Source: Glaucostegus cemiculus (taxonomy: Eukaryota). Taken from it: a stretch of DNA of 64,000 nucleotides. The translations under genes and the position numbers were made by a program. Location of the stretch: assembly GCA_976551045.1 (NCBI GenBank), contig CDPCPM010000180.1, positions 8,866,001 through 8,930,000 of the forward strand, written 5' to 3'. Positions 12,531 through 23,363 of this stretch are shown piece after piece; the stretch's first letter is position 1; each line of letters starts with the position of its first letter. Below the pieces are notes generated by a model, which made no database searches, had not been told where the DNA came from, and was given only the letters and a program-made list of their open reading frames with translations.

Positions 12531-13190
12531 TAGTTAAGAGGTTTAAACCTGGGGCAAGTTTACTTTGTGCTGATACTGAAGCCCACCATTAACGGAGCAT
12601 CAAGGCAGCCTTCTTTCAGATAAGGTGTTAAACTAAGGCTTCATTTGTCCTAACATCCTGTGGCACTCTTCTGAACAAGTGCATAGGAGATGCTGTTTCT
12701 TCATCTCCCATGCTCTTGTTCAGAATGCCACAGGATTCTAATATTTTGCACTCTAAAACTGTCTTCATTGCAGAAGAAAGTATAAATTCAATATACTTCT
12801 GATGTATTAGTTAAATATGATTTCACATATTTTGAATGATAATCTCATTTTTTATATTAAACATTACATTGCAAATATCTTTACATTTGAAGACCAGAGT
12901 AATTTTGAATATATTTATTCCTGGAATGGTTAAATTTAAATCAAATTCTTGAATGATGGAATTTGAAATCATATACACTGGCATTGTTATCCCAGACTTC
13001 TGGATTAGTAGTCCAATAAATATTATTAAACTGTTATGACTAATTTGCTGTCAAGTAGTAGTTAACATAGTAAACTACTTGAGTAAATCAATGAAAGTGC
13101 CATTGGTCACTAAGGTATTGACTTTCTATTGAAAATTGATTGTTAGTGGTTAGCTCTCTGAATGCATGCTCACCTCCGACATGTCTTTAG

Positions 13191-13329
13191 CTTGCAATGA
13201 CCCATCCAAGCCACCATCTGAATTTTGGAATGAATCCGGACCATGCGAGAAACTCTTTGTCAAACTGCGGTATCCGGCAGCCCAAGTATGGAGACAGGAA
13301 GGTTCATCACATGTATATGAGGAAGAAAG
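13191..13329 (+). CDS. DROSHA: DROSHA exon 4: LAMTHPSHHLNFGMNPDHARNSLSNCGIRQPKYGDRKVHHMYMRKK(G)
   Basis: gtctttag|CTT ... AAA G|gtgagt; 139 nt; not in the supplied ORF track. Confidence 0.98.
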
Positions 13330-14249
13330 GTGAGTAGGAATCTCATCACAAAGGTGGTTGAGCTTTACAGTTTGGAGGAAAGATGGAAAGCATTTTTTTT
13401 CCCCGACATCAACTTGGTCTCTTGGAATAGCCAGGAGGAGAGCTATTCCTCAGTATGCAATGCATTCAATGTGATGAGTACGTTTGGAACTCGTTTGTCG
13501 ACCCCTTCTAGTGGACAGAGTTCCAGATAGGGATTGCAAACCTGCACTTGTAAATAAGATCATAAATGTTGGTTTTGGGGGCAAAGTGGCTCAAAACATG
13601 GATTCAGTGATAAAAGTTGTGGAATCTTTTGAAATAAAAATAAAGTTTGTCCTGATCATTTGTAGTGATGTTGACTTTCTGTGGCAAACCACACCACCCT
13701 GATGTTAGGCTTTTGAAGCTTGTGTGGAAACTGGGTGGGAGAATGCCACACAGTGTTGTACAGTGGAATTCATGTGTTGTGTTAATATTCTGCTCCCCTC
13801 AGGTGTTTCAGAGCCACTTTGCACCCCACTATCTTGTTGTTTATTATATGGAGGAAAATCTGTACCCATGGTCCACATTTATCTCTGCTTACTGCATCCT
13901 TTATTTGATTCTTCTGGCATACAACTCTTCAAGGTCTCCATACTCCATCAAATCTTTCCTCGTGCACATCCCCAAATGTAATCACTCCACCATTAGCACC
14001 ATGTTTTCAGCTGCCAAATTCTGGAACTTTCTACCATTTCTTCTTAAAACCTACCTCTTTGCGCAAGCTTCCGGTCATTTGTTTGAACGGATTCTTTTCT
14101 GGTTTGATAACACCATTGTGAAACATCTTGATCATCTTATTACATTAAATAAACTGTATAAATCCCAGTTTTTGATTTGGTGTTTCAGTAGCTTGCCTTT
14201 GTGTGTGAGCCACCTCTACATTCCCTGTTGCTATGTTCCTTTTTAACAG

Positions 14250-14310
14250 GCATAAACACCTTAATAAATATCATGTCCCGCCTTGGCCAAGATGATCCAA
14301 CTCCTTCAAG
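14250..14310 (+). CDS. DROSHA: DROSHA exon 5: (G)INTLINIMSRLGQDDPTPS(R)
   Basis: tttaacag|GC ATA ... TCA AG|gtatgt; 61 nt. Confidence 0.98.
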
Positions 14311-14584
14311 GTATGTGTTTGAAATTTTTATTATTTTTTTCTTCAGCCAAGGTACTTGCACAACAGAGGATGAGCACCCCATCCCTTCCCACCACAAACC
14401 CAGAAATATATACAGTACATGTAACCTGAAGTTGACATGAATAGCCAGGCAGTGTGCCCTTCAAAAACTAGTAGATTTAAAAACTTAAGCATGTCCCTGG
14501 CTCCAGCCATTATTTAATTGTCAAACGTAAAAGAAAACCCTTCGTTGAGACTGAGTAAATAGTAAGCCTTCAATTTGTAAGCCA

Positions 14585-14958
14585 GGGCTTGGTTGATAGC
14601 ACTCACACTTATGAGTCAGAAGTCTCTGAGTTGAAATCCTAAAGAGACTTCTAAAGAGCACTGTCAAAGGTCTGACCTTTTGGGTGAGTCACTAAATACA
14701 TCTGCTCTTTCAGGTGGATGTAATAGATTCCCTGACATTTCTTTTAGATGAAAAGCAGGGAAGGTCTCTTAATTGTCCTGGCTAATGTTTCAATGTCTTC
14801 TTGCTTAATTGACCCTGCTAAAAAAAATAGTAGATGGTTCAGTCATTATGGCTTGACTGCAATTTCTTTTTACATTGCAACATTGGCTCCACTTCAGAAT
14901 TGCTTAAACTGATTATGAAACACTTTGGGATGTTAAAATGTTGTATAAATGTAACTCC
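14585..14958 (+). mobile_element. degenerate Deu-domain SINE (SacSINE1/AmnSINE1-like)
   Basis: tctgctcttttcaggtggatgtaatagattccc..tgtcctggctaat, and a tail cactttgggatg..tataaatgtaa shared with 40745 and 43722. Confidence 0.55.
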
Positions 14959-15189
14959 TACAGTTATTTTTATGGTCATTCTGTAAGCATTTCTTAATAA
15001 CTGAAAATACTAGAAATTTGGCTAATGTGCCCTTTAATGTTGCATTGAGGAGCTTTGAATGTGTACCTTTAAAGAAAAAGGGGTTTTGCAGAAATCTGTA
15101 AAATATTTCAAGGCATGCATTAAACCAGCTGCTTAACCGGTAAATAGAGATGTGTAACAATCATATCTAATGTGTTTCAGAACGTTGAC

Positions 15190-17378
15190 ACAACAGACTA
15201 CAGATGCTGGAATCTGGAGCAAAAAAAAATGAGAACCTCAGTAGTCAAATAGCATCTCTAGGAGGCAAAGGGAGGGATGGAACCAGATTGTGGAGGGGAG
15301 AGGAAGGGTAGACCACGGAGGGAGAAGAAATGCAGGTGGATAGGTGTTTGGATGGTGGGCAGATAGAACCATGTGGGGGAGGATGACAAATCTCTGTAAT
15401 GGGTAGCTGTACAGAAATGGAAAAGGTGAACAAAGATAGAGAGAATCTAAACTGGTAGGAGTGGGAAAGGAATAGGGGGTGTGAGTTACCTCCTATTGGT
15501 ATTGGTTTACTATTATCACATATACTGAAGTGCAGTGAAAAACTTGTCTTGCATACCGTTCATATAGATCAATTCATTACACAGTACATTGAGGTAGTGC
15601 AAGGTAAAACAATAACAGAATGCAGAATAAAATGTAACAGCTACAGAAAAAGTGTAGTGCAGGTAGACAATAAGGTGCAAGGTCATAACGAGGAAGATTG
15701 TGAGGTCAAGAGTCCATCTTATTGTACTAGGGAACCATTCAATAGTCTCATAACAGCGGAATAGAAGCTATCCTTGAGCCTGGTGGTATGTGCTTTCAGG
15801 CTTTTGTATCTTTTGCTTGATGTGAGGGGGAGAAGAGAGAACGTCCAGCGTGGGTGGGGTCTTTGATTGTGCTGGCTGCTTTACTGAGGTAGTGAGAAGT
15901 ATAGACAGGATCCATGGAGGGGAGGCTGGTTTCCGTGATGTGCTGAGCTGTGTCTCTGCAGTTTCTGAGTAATTCAATGTTAATACCATTGGACTGCAGG
16001 CTACCCAAGTATAATTGCTATAAACCCACTGTGTATACCACTATAAAGCCACTGATTCCCACAGCTATCTTGCCTACACCTCCTCCCACCCTGTCTCCTG
16101 TAAGGGTGCCACCCCTTTCTCTCAGTTCCACTGTCTCAACCGCATCTGTTCTCAAGATGGGTTATTCTATTCCAGGAATTCTGAAATGTCCCATTTTTGG
16201 TAAACGTGGCTTTCCCTCTAGCACAGTTGATGGAGCCCTCACTTACGTTGCCTTCATTTCCCAGACACCTCCATTCACATCCCCCTCCCCCCAGACAGAA
16301 CAGGAATAGAGTTCCCTTGTTCCTCACCTTTCACCCTTCTAGCCTCCACATCCAGCAGATCATCCTTCACCATTTCCACCTGCTACAACAGGATCACACC
16401 ACCAGCCGCATCTCCTCCCCTTACCCCCTTTCTGCTGTCAGCAGGGTTCGCTCTCTCTCTGGTCCACTCATCCATCTTCTGGCACTTAACCCCTGCAACC
16501 GTAAGGAAGTGCAACACTTGTCCCTATATCACCTCCCCCACTGCCATCCATGAACCTAGCCAGCCTTTCCAGGTGAGGAAGAGATTCATATGCATCACCT
16601 CCAACCTGATCTAATGCATTTGGTGCTCTCAATGTGACCTCTTCTTCATTGGCGAGACCAAGTGTCGACGAGGTGATCGTTTTTACAGAGCACTGACACT
16701 CGGTCTGCAATGTCCATCTTAAGCTTTTGGTTGCATGTCATTTCCTCTCCCCTCTCCCCCTCTCCCCCTCTTCCCCTTCCCACAAAGACCTGTTGGTCTT
16801 CACCCTTCTCCACTGTCATGGTGAGCCACATACAACCTAGAAGAACAACACCTCATATTCCATTTGGATAGCCTACAGATCAATTGTATGAACATTGTAT
16901 TTTCCAATTTCAGGTAAGACTTGCCTCCTGTGTTTCCCATGCCTACAGGTCCACCAAGGTCTCTCCTCTTTTGTTCACCTTGGCCGTCCTTCCACCGCAC
17001 CCCCAAGCCCTGCTTACCTACGTTCATTACCCTGCCCCACTGGTTCCATCTGTCCATCACATATCTGTCCACCTGGATTTCTCCTCCCTTGACCTACCCT
17101 CCCTATCCTTTTCCCCCATCTGTCCAACATCCCTCCCTTAACTGGTTCCACATAATCACCTTCCAGCCTCTGCCTCTCCCTCCCCCACCTGGCTCCATCT
17201 GCACATCATTCTGCTCTTCACTTAGTCCAACCTAGCCCCAGTCTCATCCCTCCCCTCTCTCTTTATACCAGCTTTCTTCCCTCCTGATGCTGGCTCTCAA
17301 CCCAAAACTTCGACCATCCCTTTGCCTCCACAGATGCTGCATGGCCCACTAAGTTCCTCCAGCAGTTTGTTTTTTTAA
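15190..17378 (+). mobile_element. Penelope-like retroelement remnant (RT thumb + GIY-YIG endonuclease) with an inverted copy of its 3' end at the 5' side
   Basis: From about 16040: YKxTDSHSYLxYTSSHPVSCKxAxPFSQF..LxRICS. At about 16585-16695: FxCxTSNLIxCIxCSxCxLFFIGETKxRxGDRF.EH (GIY-YIG). ORF end EEQHLIFHLDSLQ..MNIxFSNFR* at 16917. An inverted LGSLQSNGINIEL copy lies at about 15970-16010. Confidence 0.85.
15495..15965 (-). mobile_element. Rex1/Babar LINE 3' fragment nested in the Penelope element
   Basis: DTAQHITETSLPSMD...KAASTIKDPTHAGRSLFSP; same 3' UTR and tail as 10200-10893. Confidence 0.85.
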
Positions 17379-17998
17379 GTCTCTGAATGCTTTTAGCCTG
17401 CTTTCGTTGTGTGATTACTTTGGGCAAACATTTCGGCTCTTCAGGCAGGCACACCTTTCCAATCTGAGCTCTTTGGTTTCTGCACAACCTTTATGTGGAT
17501 GGACAGGACTGTACCCATGAAATAGAGCCTTTCTGTGCGTCCTGGGCTGCTTGTTCAAAAACCGGAGTGTTCCTTGTAGACTGCATCTGCATGGAATTGG
17601 ATTTGCAGGCCGTGGTTTTCTTGGAGTGTATGAAACTGGAATTGGCAGATGTACTGTTTAATTGTTGTTGTGGGTAGGGGATAACCCAATTGTCCAAATA
17701 TTTTTGCTTAAACCCCGACTTGAGCTTGGACTTGAATTTCCTTGCAGTTAAACGTGTCTGCTTTTTTACTTGTGTCTTAAATCAAAATGTTGTCCTTTCC
17801 ACCTCTTTGAGCCCCCCAGCCCCTGAGCCCAGACTAGTTCTGTCCAAGTCTTGTACACTGATGCCCCTGTGTGAGAGTCACAGTTATGCTGGGCCTGACT
17901 TGGTAGAAGAGGGTAGAATTGGTATTTGAGATCAATCTGGACTTAAACTAAATTGCATAAGTCTACTTGTTTAAAGGATGGTAGATTTCCTTCCTTAA

Positions 17999-18580
17999 AG
18001 ATACGTTGGACAGGTTCAAGAGATTGTTGGATAGGCATATGGAGGAATGTGGGATGGAGGGATATGTGGAAGGAAGGGGTTAGATAGTGTGCAGTGTGGT
18101 TCAATGGACGGCACAACATGGTGGGCCAAAAGGCATGTATTGTGCTGTATTGTTCTATGTCTATGTCAAAAGGTTGCTGGTAAACCCAGTAGGGCTTCAC
18201 AGTATGAGAGGAGACTTGATAGAGGTGTATAAGATATTGAGAGGAATAGATAGAGTTGACAGCCAGTACCTCTTTCCCAGAGCGCAGATGCACAAGACGA
18301 GAGGACATGGCTTTAAGATATTGGGTGGAAGGTTTAGGGGAGATGTCAGAGGGAAGTTTTTCACCCAGAGAGTGGTTGGCGCATGGAATGCGCTGCCTGG
18401 GGTGGTAGTAGAGGCAGATACGTTGGACAGGTTCAAGAGATTGTTGGATAGGCACATGGAAAAATGTGGAATAGTAGGATATGTGGGAGGAAAGAGTTAG
18501 ATTGTGAGACGTTTGAAGGATGGCACAACTTGGTGGGCCGAAGGGCCTGTTTTGTGCTGTATTGTTCTATGGTTCTATGG
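17999..18580 (+). mobile_element. two adjacent CR1 LINE 3' fragments (about 17999-18165 and 18203-18580)
   Basis: MRGDLIEVYKILRGIDRVD...TRGHGFKI..GRFRGDVRGKFFTQRVVGAWNALP; both end in gggcc(g/a)aa.ggc.tgt..tgtgctgtattgttctatg. Confidence 0.9.
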
Positions 18581-19372
18581 TATTTGGATGGTTTTGTGGT
18601 CAGTTTTCCTGAGCTATAGTTCCCCGCTCCCCACCCCCCAAGATTATCTTTAATTAAATAAATTAAAAATGTGATTTTTTTGTTGGTACCCCACCACAGT
18701 GTTTGAAGGATATATGGGGCATTTTATATTGCTTTACCAGGTAATATTAGTGAATGCTGAGGCCCTGTAGCAATGGGAAACATGTTTAATCACAACCCCA
18801 CTGAAGTTTTGGATTCTAGTTTAGAATTTAAATTCAGTTCAAGAGACCAATTCATCTTGTATAACGATGAATCAATGTGATGATAATGTTTACAGAAATT
18901 AACATTTAAGAAGCTCTCAAATTGACTCCTTTTGTATTTCCAATGTTAGCAAGATGCTGGTTTAACACTCTCCTTCTGCTTCAGAGTTTTATTGCCAGAT
19001 ACCAGTTAAGCCAGCTTCCAAACCAGTGATGAAATGTGTATGTGTTTGTGTGGAGCTCTGCTTGTCCCTGAATTGATTGCATTATGGTACTTGGAGTAAA
19101 CTTCTTTTTGCCAGCTTTCACACTTACCCTCCAATAGTGCTTTCAAAAGGTGCTTTTGATTTAGCAGTAGTAATAATGCAGCCATCAGCTGCACTGGGAT
19201 ATAATGTATTAAAATAGTTTGATTGCATTCAATAATCATGCCTGCACATTTCTATGAAATACAATTGATTTTGTTTTAAAAAGCCTACAATTGAATTTCT
19301 AATTAATTGTAAATTATATAATGTTTTAAATTAATAGCCACATTACAAACATTTACTTTTATCTTTATGAAG

Positions 19373-19432
19373 GATTAACCACAATGAACGTCTAGAATTT
19401 TTGGGAGATGCAGTGGTTGAATTTTTAACGAG
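19373..19432 (+). CDS. DROSHA: DROSHA exon 6: (R)INHNERLEFLGDAVVEFLT(S), RIIIDa signature
   Basis: ctttatgaag|G ATT ... ACG AG|gtatga; 60 nt; RNase III motif ERLEFLGD. Confidence 0.98.
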
Positions 19433-19849
19433 GTATGAGCTTAATGTCCATACATTTGTCTTAAGTTTTTAGTAGTTTTAATATTTAATATTGTTATGTA
19501 TTTTTAATGAATGTATGTAGCACAAAGCAGTGGAAACTTAGTATACAGAGTGTCATGACATGATGGGTTGGGATTTTGATGTCATGATCTTGCCCTATGG
19601 ACAGGCAGTCTCCAACACAGCCTTAGCTGGAGGAACGTGGTAGAAATGGAACACCTGAGGAAGGGAAGAGCAAATCGATCCAAGGGTCAATGGGAGTGAG
19701 TTCCGAAATCCAGCTGACTCTGAGCCATGGCCACTGTTGTGTGGGGGACATCAAGGAAAAAATGAACCTATTGTTTTACTACTGCTAGAATTTGTGCATT
19801 TTATTATTACACATTTCTTATTTTCTTACGACACATATTGAGAGTCTGT

Positions 19850-20127
19850 GCCGGCTCTCTGAGCAGTCCCACTATTCTCGGTCTTCCACTTATTTCCTGT
19901 GTTCTCTCTCATACCCATCATCTCTCCCCGATTCTCCTGCCAACCACTTACACTTAGGGGTAATTTACAGCAGTCAATTAACCTACCAGAAAGTCTTTGG
20001 GATCTGGGTGGAAACTGGAACATGCTGTCATGGCGAGGATATGAAAATTCTACATAGTTGTTACCCGAGGTTAGAATCAAACTTGGCTTGCTGGAGTTAC
20101 GTGGCAGCAACACTACTTACTGTGCCA
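19850..20127 (-). mobile_element. diverged V-SINE copy
   Basis: Reverse strand ggcacagtaagtagtgttgctgcc...ttccagtttccacccagatcccaaagac..ggtaggttaattg; similar old copy at about 58270-58580. Confidence 0.6.
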
Positions 20128-20920
20128 TTTTCTGCACATTGACTCCCAATATGATAACACCTCATTCTTCCCTTTAAATCCCTCAAAGGAATTAACCAGC
20201 ACCTCCATCTCTATAATTCCCTCCAGCACTATAACCCTCTGTGTTTCTCAAATTCTGTCCTCTTATACATTTCCAGTTTTTATCACTTAACCATTGACTG
20301 TGATGTGTTTAGCTGTGGCCTTGGGATTTAGTATTCCCTCCCTAAACCTTGCAATCTCTTTACCCTTCTGTAAGACATTATTTAAAATCTACCCTTTTGT
20401 CCCCCAAGGTTATAGTCACCTAGTCTGCTAGGTAGCTTGGTCATATTTGATAATACTCCTGTGAAGTGCTGTGAGATGTTTTCCTATGTTTTCTTAGATT
20501 TTAATAGGAAGTATTCACAATTATGAAACGTTTGTAAAACTGCTGTGGAAGAGAAGTATTTCAGAAATGTTAATCATTGTTGAGTTAATTAAGAACATTT
20601 ATCATTGTGATATTCCATACAACACATTCAAAAGGGTAGACGTTTATCCTCTGTTGCTGATGGTGAATGTGAAATTTAGTGGTAGCTCTGTGTTGTTCCT
20701 CATTTCCAAATTTCATTGAATAAGCCAGTGCAATTGAAGTTTGAGAGCAGAGTATAAGGGGCAGTTGCATATAGTGCCAACAGCAGAGACAGCTTTACTA
20801 CTGCCAAGTGTTTTGAATGGATTGAAGTCAAGTGATAAAGGGATCTTTGTGAAGTTTTGCTGCTGCAGGAAACATTTTATGGATTGCACTCTTTTTACAC
20901 TTCCTTCCGTTTGCTTTCAG

Positions 20921-21020
20921 TGTTCATTTGTACTTTTTATTCCCGAACCTGGAGGAAGGTGGGTTAGCTACCTACCGCACTGCAATTGTGCAGAACCAAC
21001 ACCTTGCGATGCTGGCCAAG
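20921..21020 (+). CDS. DROSHA: DROSHA exon 7: (S)VHLYFLFPNLEEGGLATYRTAIVQNQHLAMLAK
   Basis: gctttcag|T GTT ... GCC AAG|gtcagt; 100 nt. Confidence 0.98.
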
Positions 21021-21191
21021 GTCAGTATTTTGATTTGCAGAAGGTTCAAAATGATTTTATATTACTGCACAGTTCATTCTCCCCTAAAACTTTGTGCTTG
21101 TTTCTGCTAATGTGGAATAAGTAGGGGAAAGAAAAGCTTGAGCTCCTGATTGCTTCGAAGTAGTACTCCAGGCCAAGTGGGCCATTTTAAC

Positions 21192-21238
21192 TAAATGGGA
21201 ATCTTGAGAATCTTAAATGGGAATCTTCTTAAGAATCT
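21192..21238. repeat. about 22-bp imperfect tandem duplication
   Basis: taaatgggaatctt-gagaatct-taaatgggaatctt-cttaagaatct. Confidence 0.75.
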
Positions 21239-22161
21239 GAAGATAGTTACAGGAGTTAGTCTTGGTGCCTTGAACCTTTTCAGCCATTCAGTAGGATCAT
21301 GACTGAACATTGGCATCAGCTCCCCTTTACCACCTGAACCCTCGTATCCCTGGACATGTATTGATCAGCGTGATGAAGATCGTGAATGATGACCCATCAA
21401 TGAATGATGTCCTAACGATCCTTTAACCAGTACCTAAATTAAATATATTATCTGGCCATTGTTGTGTCCCATGTTACAATTGTGGCCGCATTTTAGAAAC
21501 ACTTCAATGTCTGTTGAAAGCTTTGTGATGTTATTAAAATGTGAAAGGAAGTAATGAAATCCATTTAAAAAAAAAATCCATTTAATGGTTGTGCTGTAAC
21601 CATTGTTGATGACCATGTTTTAACTATTATGAAGTTAGATATAAGGTAGTATGCCAGTCCCTTGCATTGTTTTATTGGTGTGGGCAGTATCTGGGTGGGT
21701 AAAGCATATTTTACGGCTTTAAAAGAAAGGCAGTACTTCTTGGGAGGATGTAGGTTACACTGGGGAAACCATATTTATAGCCCATCATTAAATGCTTTGT
21801 AGAAGTAGAATGCTGCCTTGAATTGCTGGTGATCTTTTACAATTGAATGGTCCATTTCAGAGGTCCAAAGGCTAGCCATTACATGCAAGACTAGGTGCAC
21901 ATTTTGCTTGCAAAGGGTAGCGCTATCAAATTCTCGTCCCTGGATAACTGATCTTTTCCGGCAGCCTAACAACTTTCTTCATTGTTCCCCAGAAATCAAG
22001 CACAAGTGATTGCATTTCTTTTGTATTCACAACTTGCTGTGATGTGATTTGACCTCATGACCTCTTGGATTGCTTAGTGCCATGCCAGAAATACTGCCAG
22101 TTCTTAATGGATGTGCTTTCAGAATAAATGTATTGATTTTGATTTTGGTTTCTTCTCGTAG

Positions 22162-22264
22162 AAGCTGGAATTGGATCGTTTTATGCTGTATGCCCATGGA
22201 CCTGACCTCTGCAGAGAATCAGATCTACGTCATGCCATGGCTAATTGTTTTGAAGCCCTAATAG
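22162..22264 (+). CDS. DROSHA: DROSHA exon 8: KLELDRFMLYAHGPDLCRESDLRHAMANCFEALI(G)
   Basis: ttctcgtag|AAG ... ATA G|gtaatt; 103 nt; contains the RIIIDa catalytic NCFE motif. Confidence 0.98.
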
Positions 22265-22681
22265 GTAATTTAGAAAGAGTTGTACCATATAACAGAGCAA
22301 TGTATGAACACTGAAGTTAGAGTTACAGCTTAGCCTCAAGAATTAAATTTCAACTCCTTTATTTTTAGCGTTGTTGTTGTAGATGTGTTCTTTGCCTTAT
22401 GAGATCAGATATCTCCTGTATTTCACAAGATTGCTATTGAATTTTACTTGGTTGAGCAATGCAGGGAAGATTCACTACTTTCCCCCTTACTGTCCCCTTT
22501 CCACCTAGGCCAGTAACAACCTTTGCCATAAGGAAGCTGTGGTTAAAAAATGGAATAACAATGTTATAATCTCATCTCTGAGCCACAGTGCATTAATACC
22601 TGGCTCTTCAGTGATTCCCAGGATTGATGAATATACCGTTTGGTGTAGACATTTATGGGTTAGATTTTCATCAACCTTGTA

Positions 22682-22880
22682 ATAAAAACAGGATTACTGG
22701 AAACAATCAGCAGGTCAGGCAGCACCTGTGGAAAGAGAAACAGAGTTAATGTTTCAGGTCAACAAAGAGTCTTCAAAATTACACGTTAACTGCTTCTCCT
22801 ACTGTAGTTGCAGCCTGACCTGCTGACTGTTTCCAGTGCTTTCTGTTTTTACTTCAGATTTCCAGCGTCTGCAGTTTTTT
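22682..22880. mobile_element. Penelope-derived palindromic repeat
   Basis: aaaacaggattactggaaacaatcagcaggtcaggc...gcctgacctgctgactgtttccagtgctttctgtttt inverted arms. Confidence 0.8.
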
Positions 22881-23128
22881 AAAATTTCATCCACCCACTA
22901 GGTAAAGCTTGGCATCTGCCGGTCAAAAGGTTTATAGGACATATATTCATGATTTTCCAATCATCATTTTTGGTTAGCATAGAACTTTGCTATGGTTGAG
23001 GACTTCTGTTATTGATTAAGGAGAACTTAGATGATTGAGCAAAAGTATTCATAATCATCCAACAAAACTGATATTTACCTGTATGATGGATACTATTGAG
23101 CACACTTGCTAACTTTAATGTATGAATG

Positions 23129-23363
23129 TGTAGCAGCCAGCAGGGTGCGACTTAGAAGAACACGAGGACACGGAGACTCGATCGAGCACGTTTTTAATAA
23201 CTTACCAAAAGCCGCACATATCCCGAACTACAAAAAACATGGCCGACGGAAGTGACGTCATACTCCCGCCGGAAGTCCTGCCTTCCGGCACTATCGCAGG
23301 AATTCGCGCGTTTCCCCGTGACGGCCAACGGCGTTTCAGAACCCGACATCGTGAGTCGCTACA
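23129..23363 (-). repeat. 3' LTR of the CsRN1-type element (235 bp)
   Basis: Direct repeat of 25903-26138 (I count 17 substitutions and 1 indel); preceded on the minus strand by the polypurine tract GGGGGGGGGGAGGGGG. Confidence 0.96.

Noticed and set aside
14311-19372. gtatg-starting introns (also 19433 and 58137) as U12-type
   Set aside because: They lack the GTATCCTT donor consensus; ordinary U2 GT-AG introns.
11269-21238. Short direct repeats as a CRISPR-like array
   Set aside because: Only isolated two-unit tandem duplications without spacers, in a vertebrate intron.
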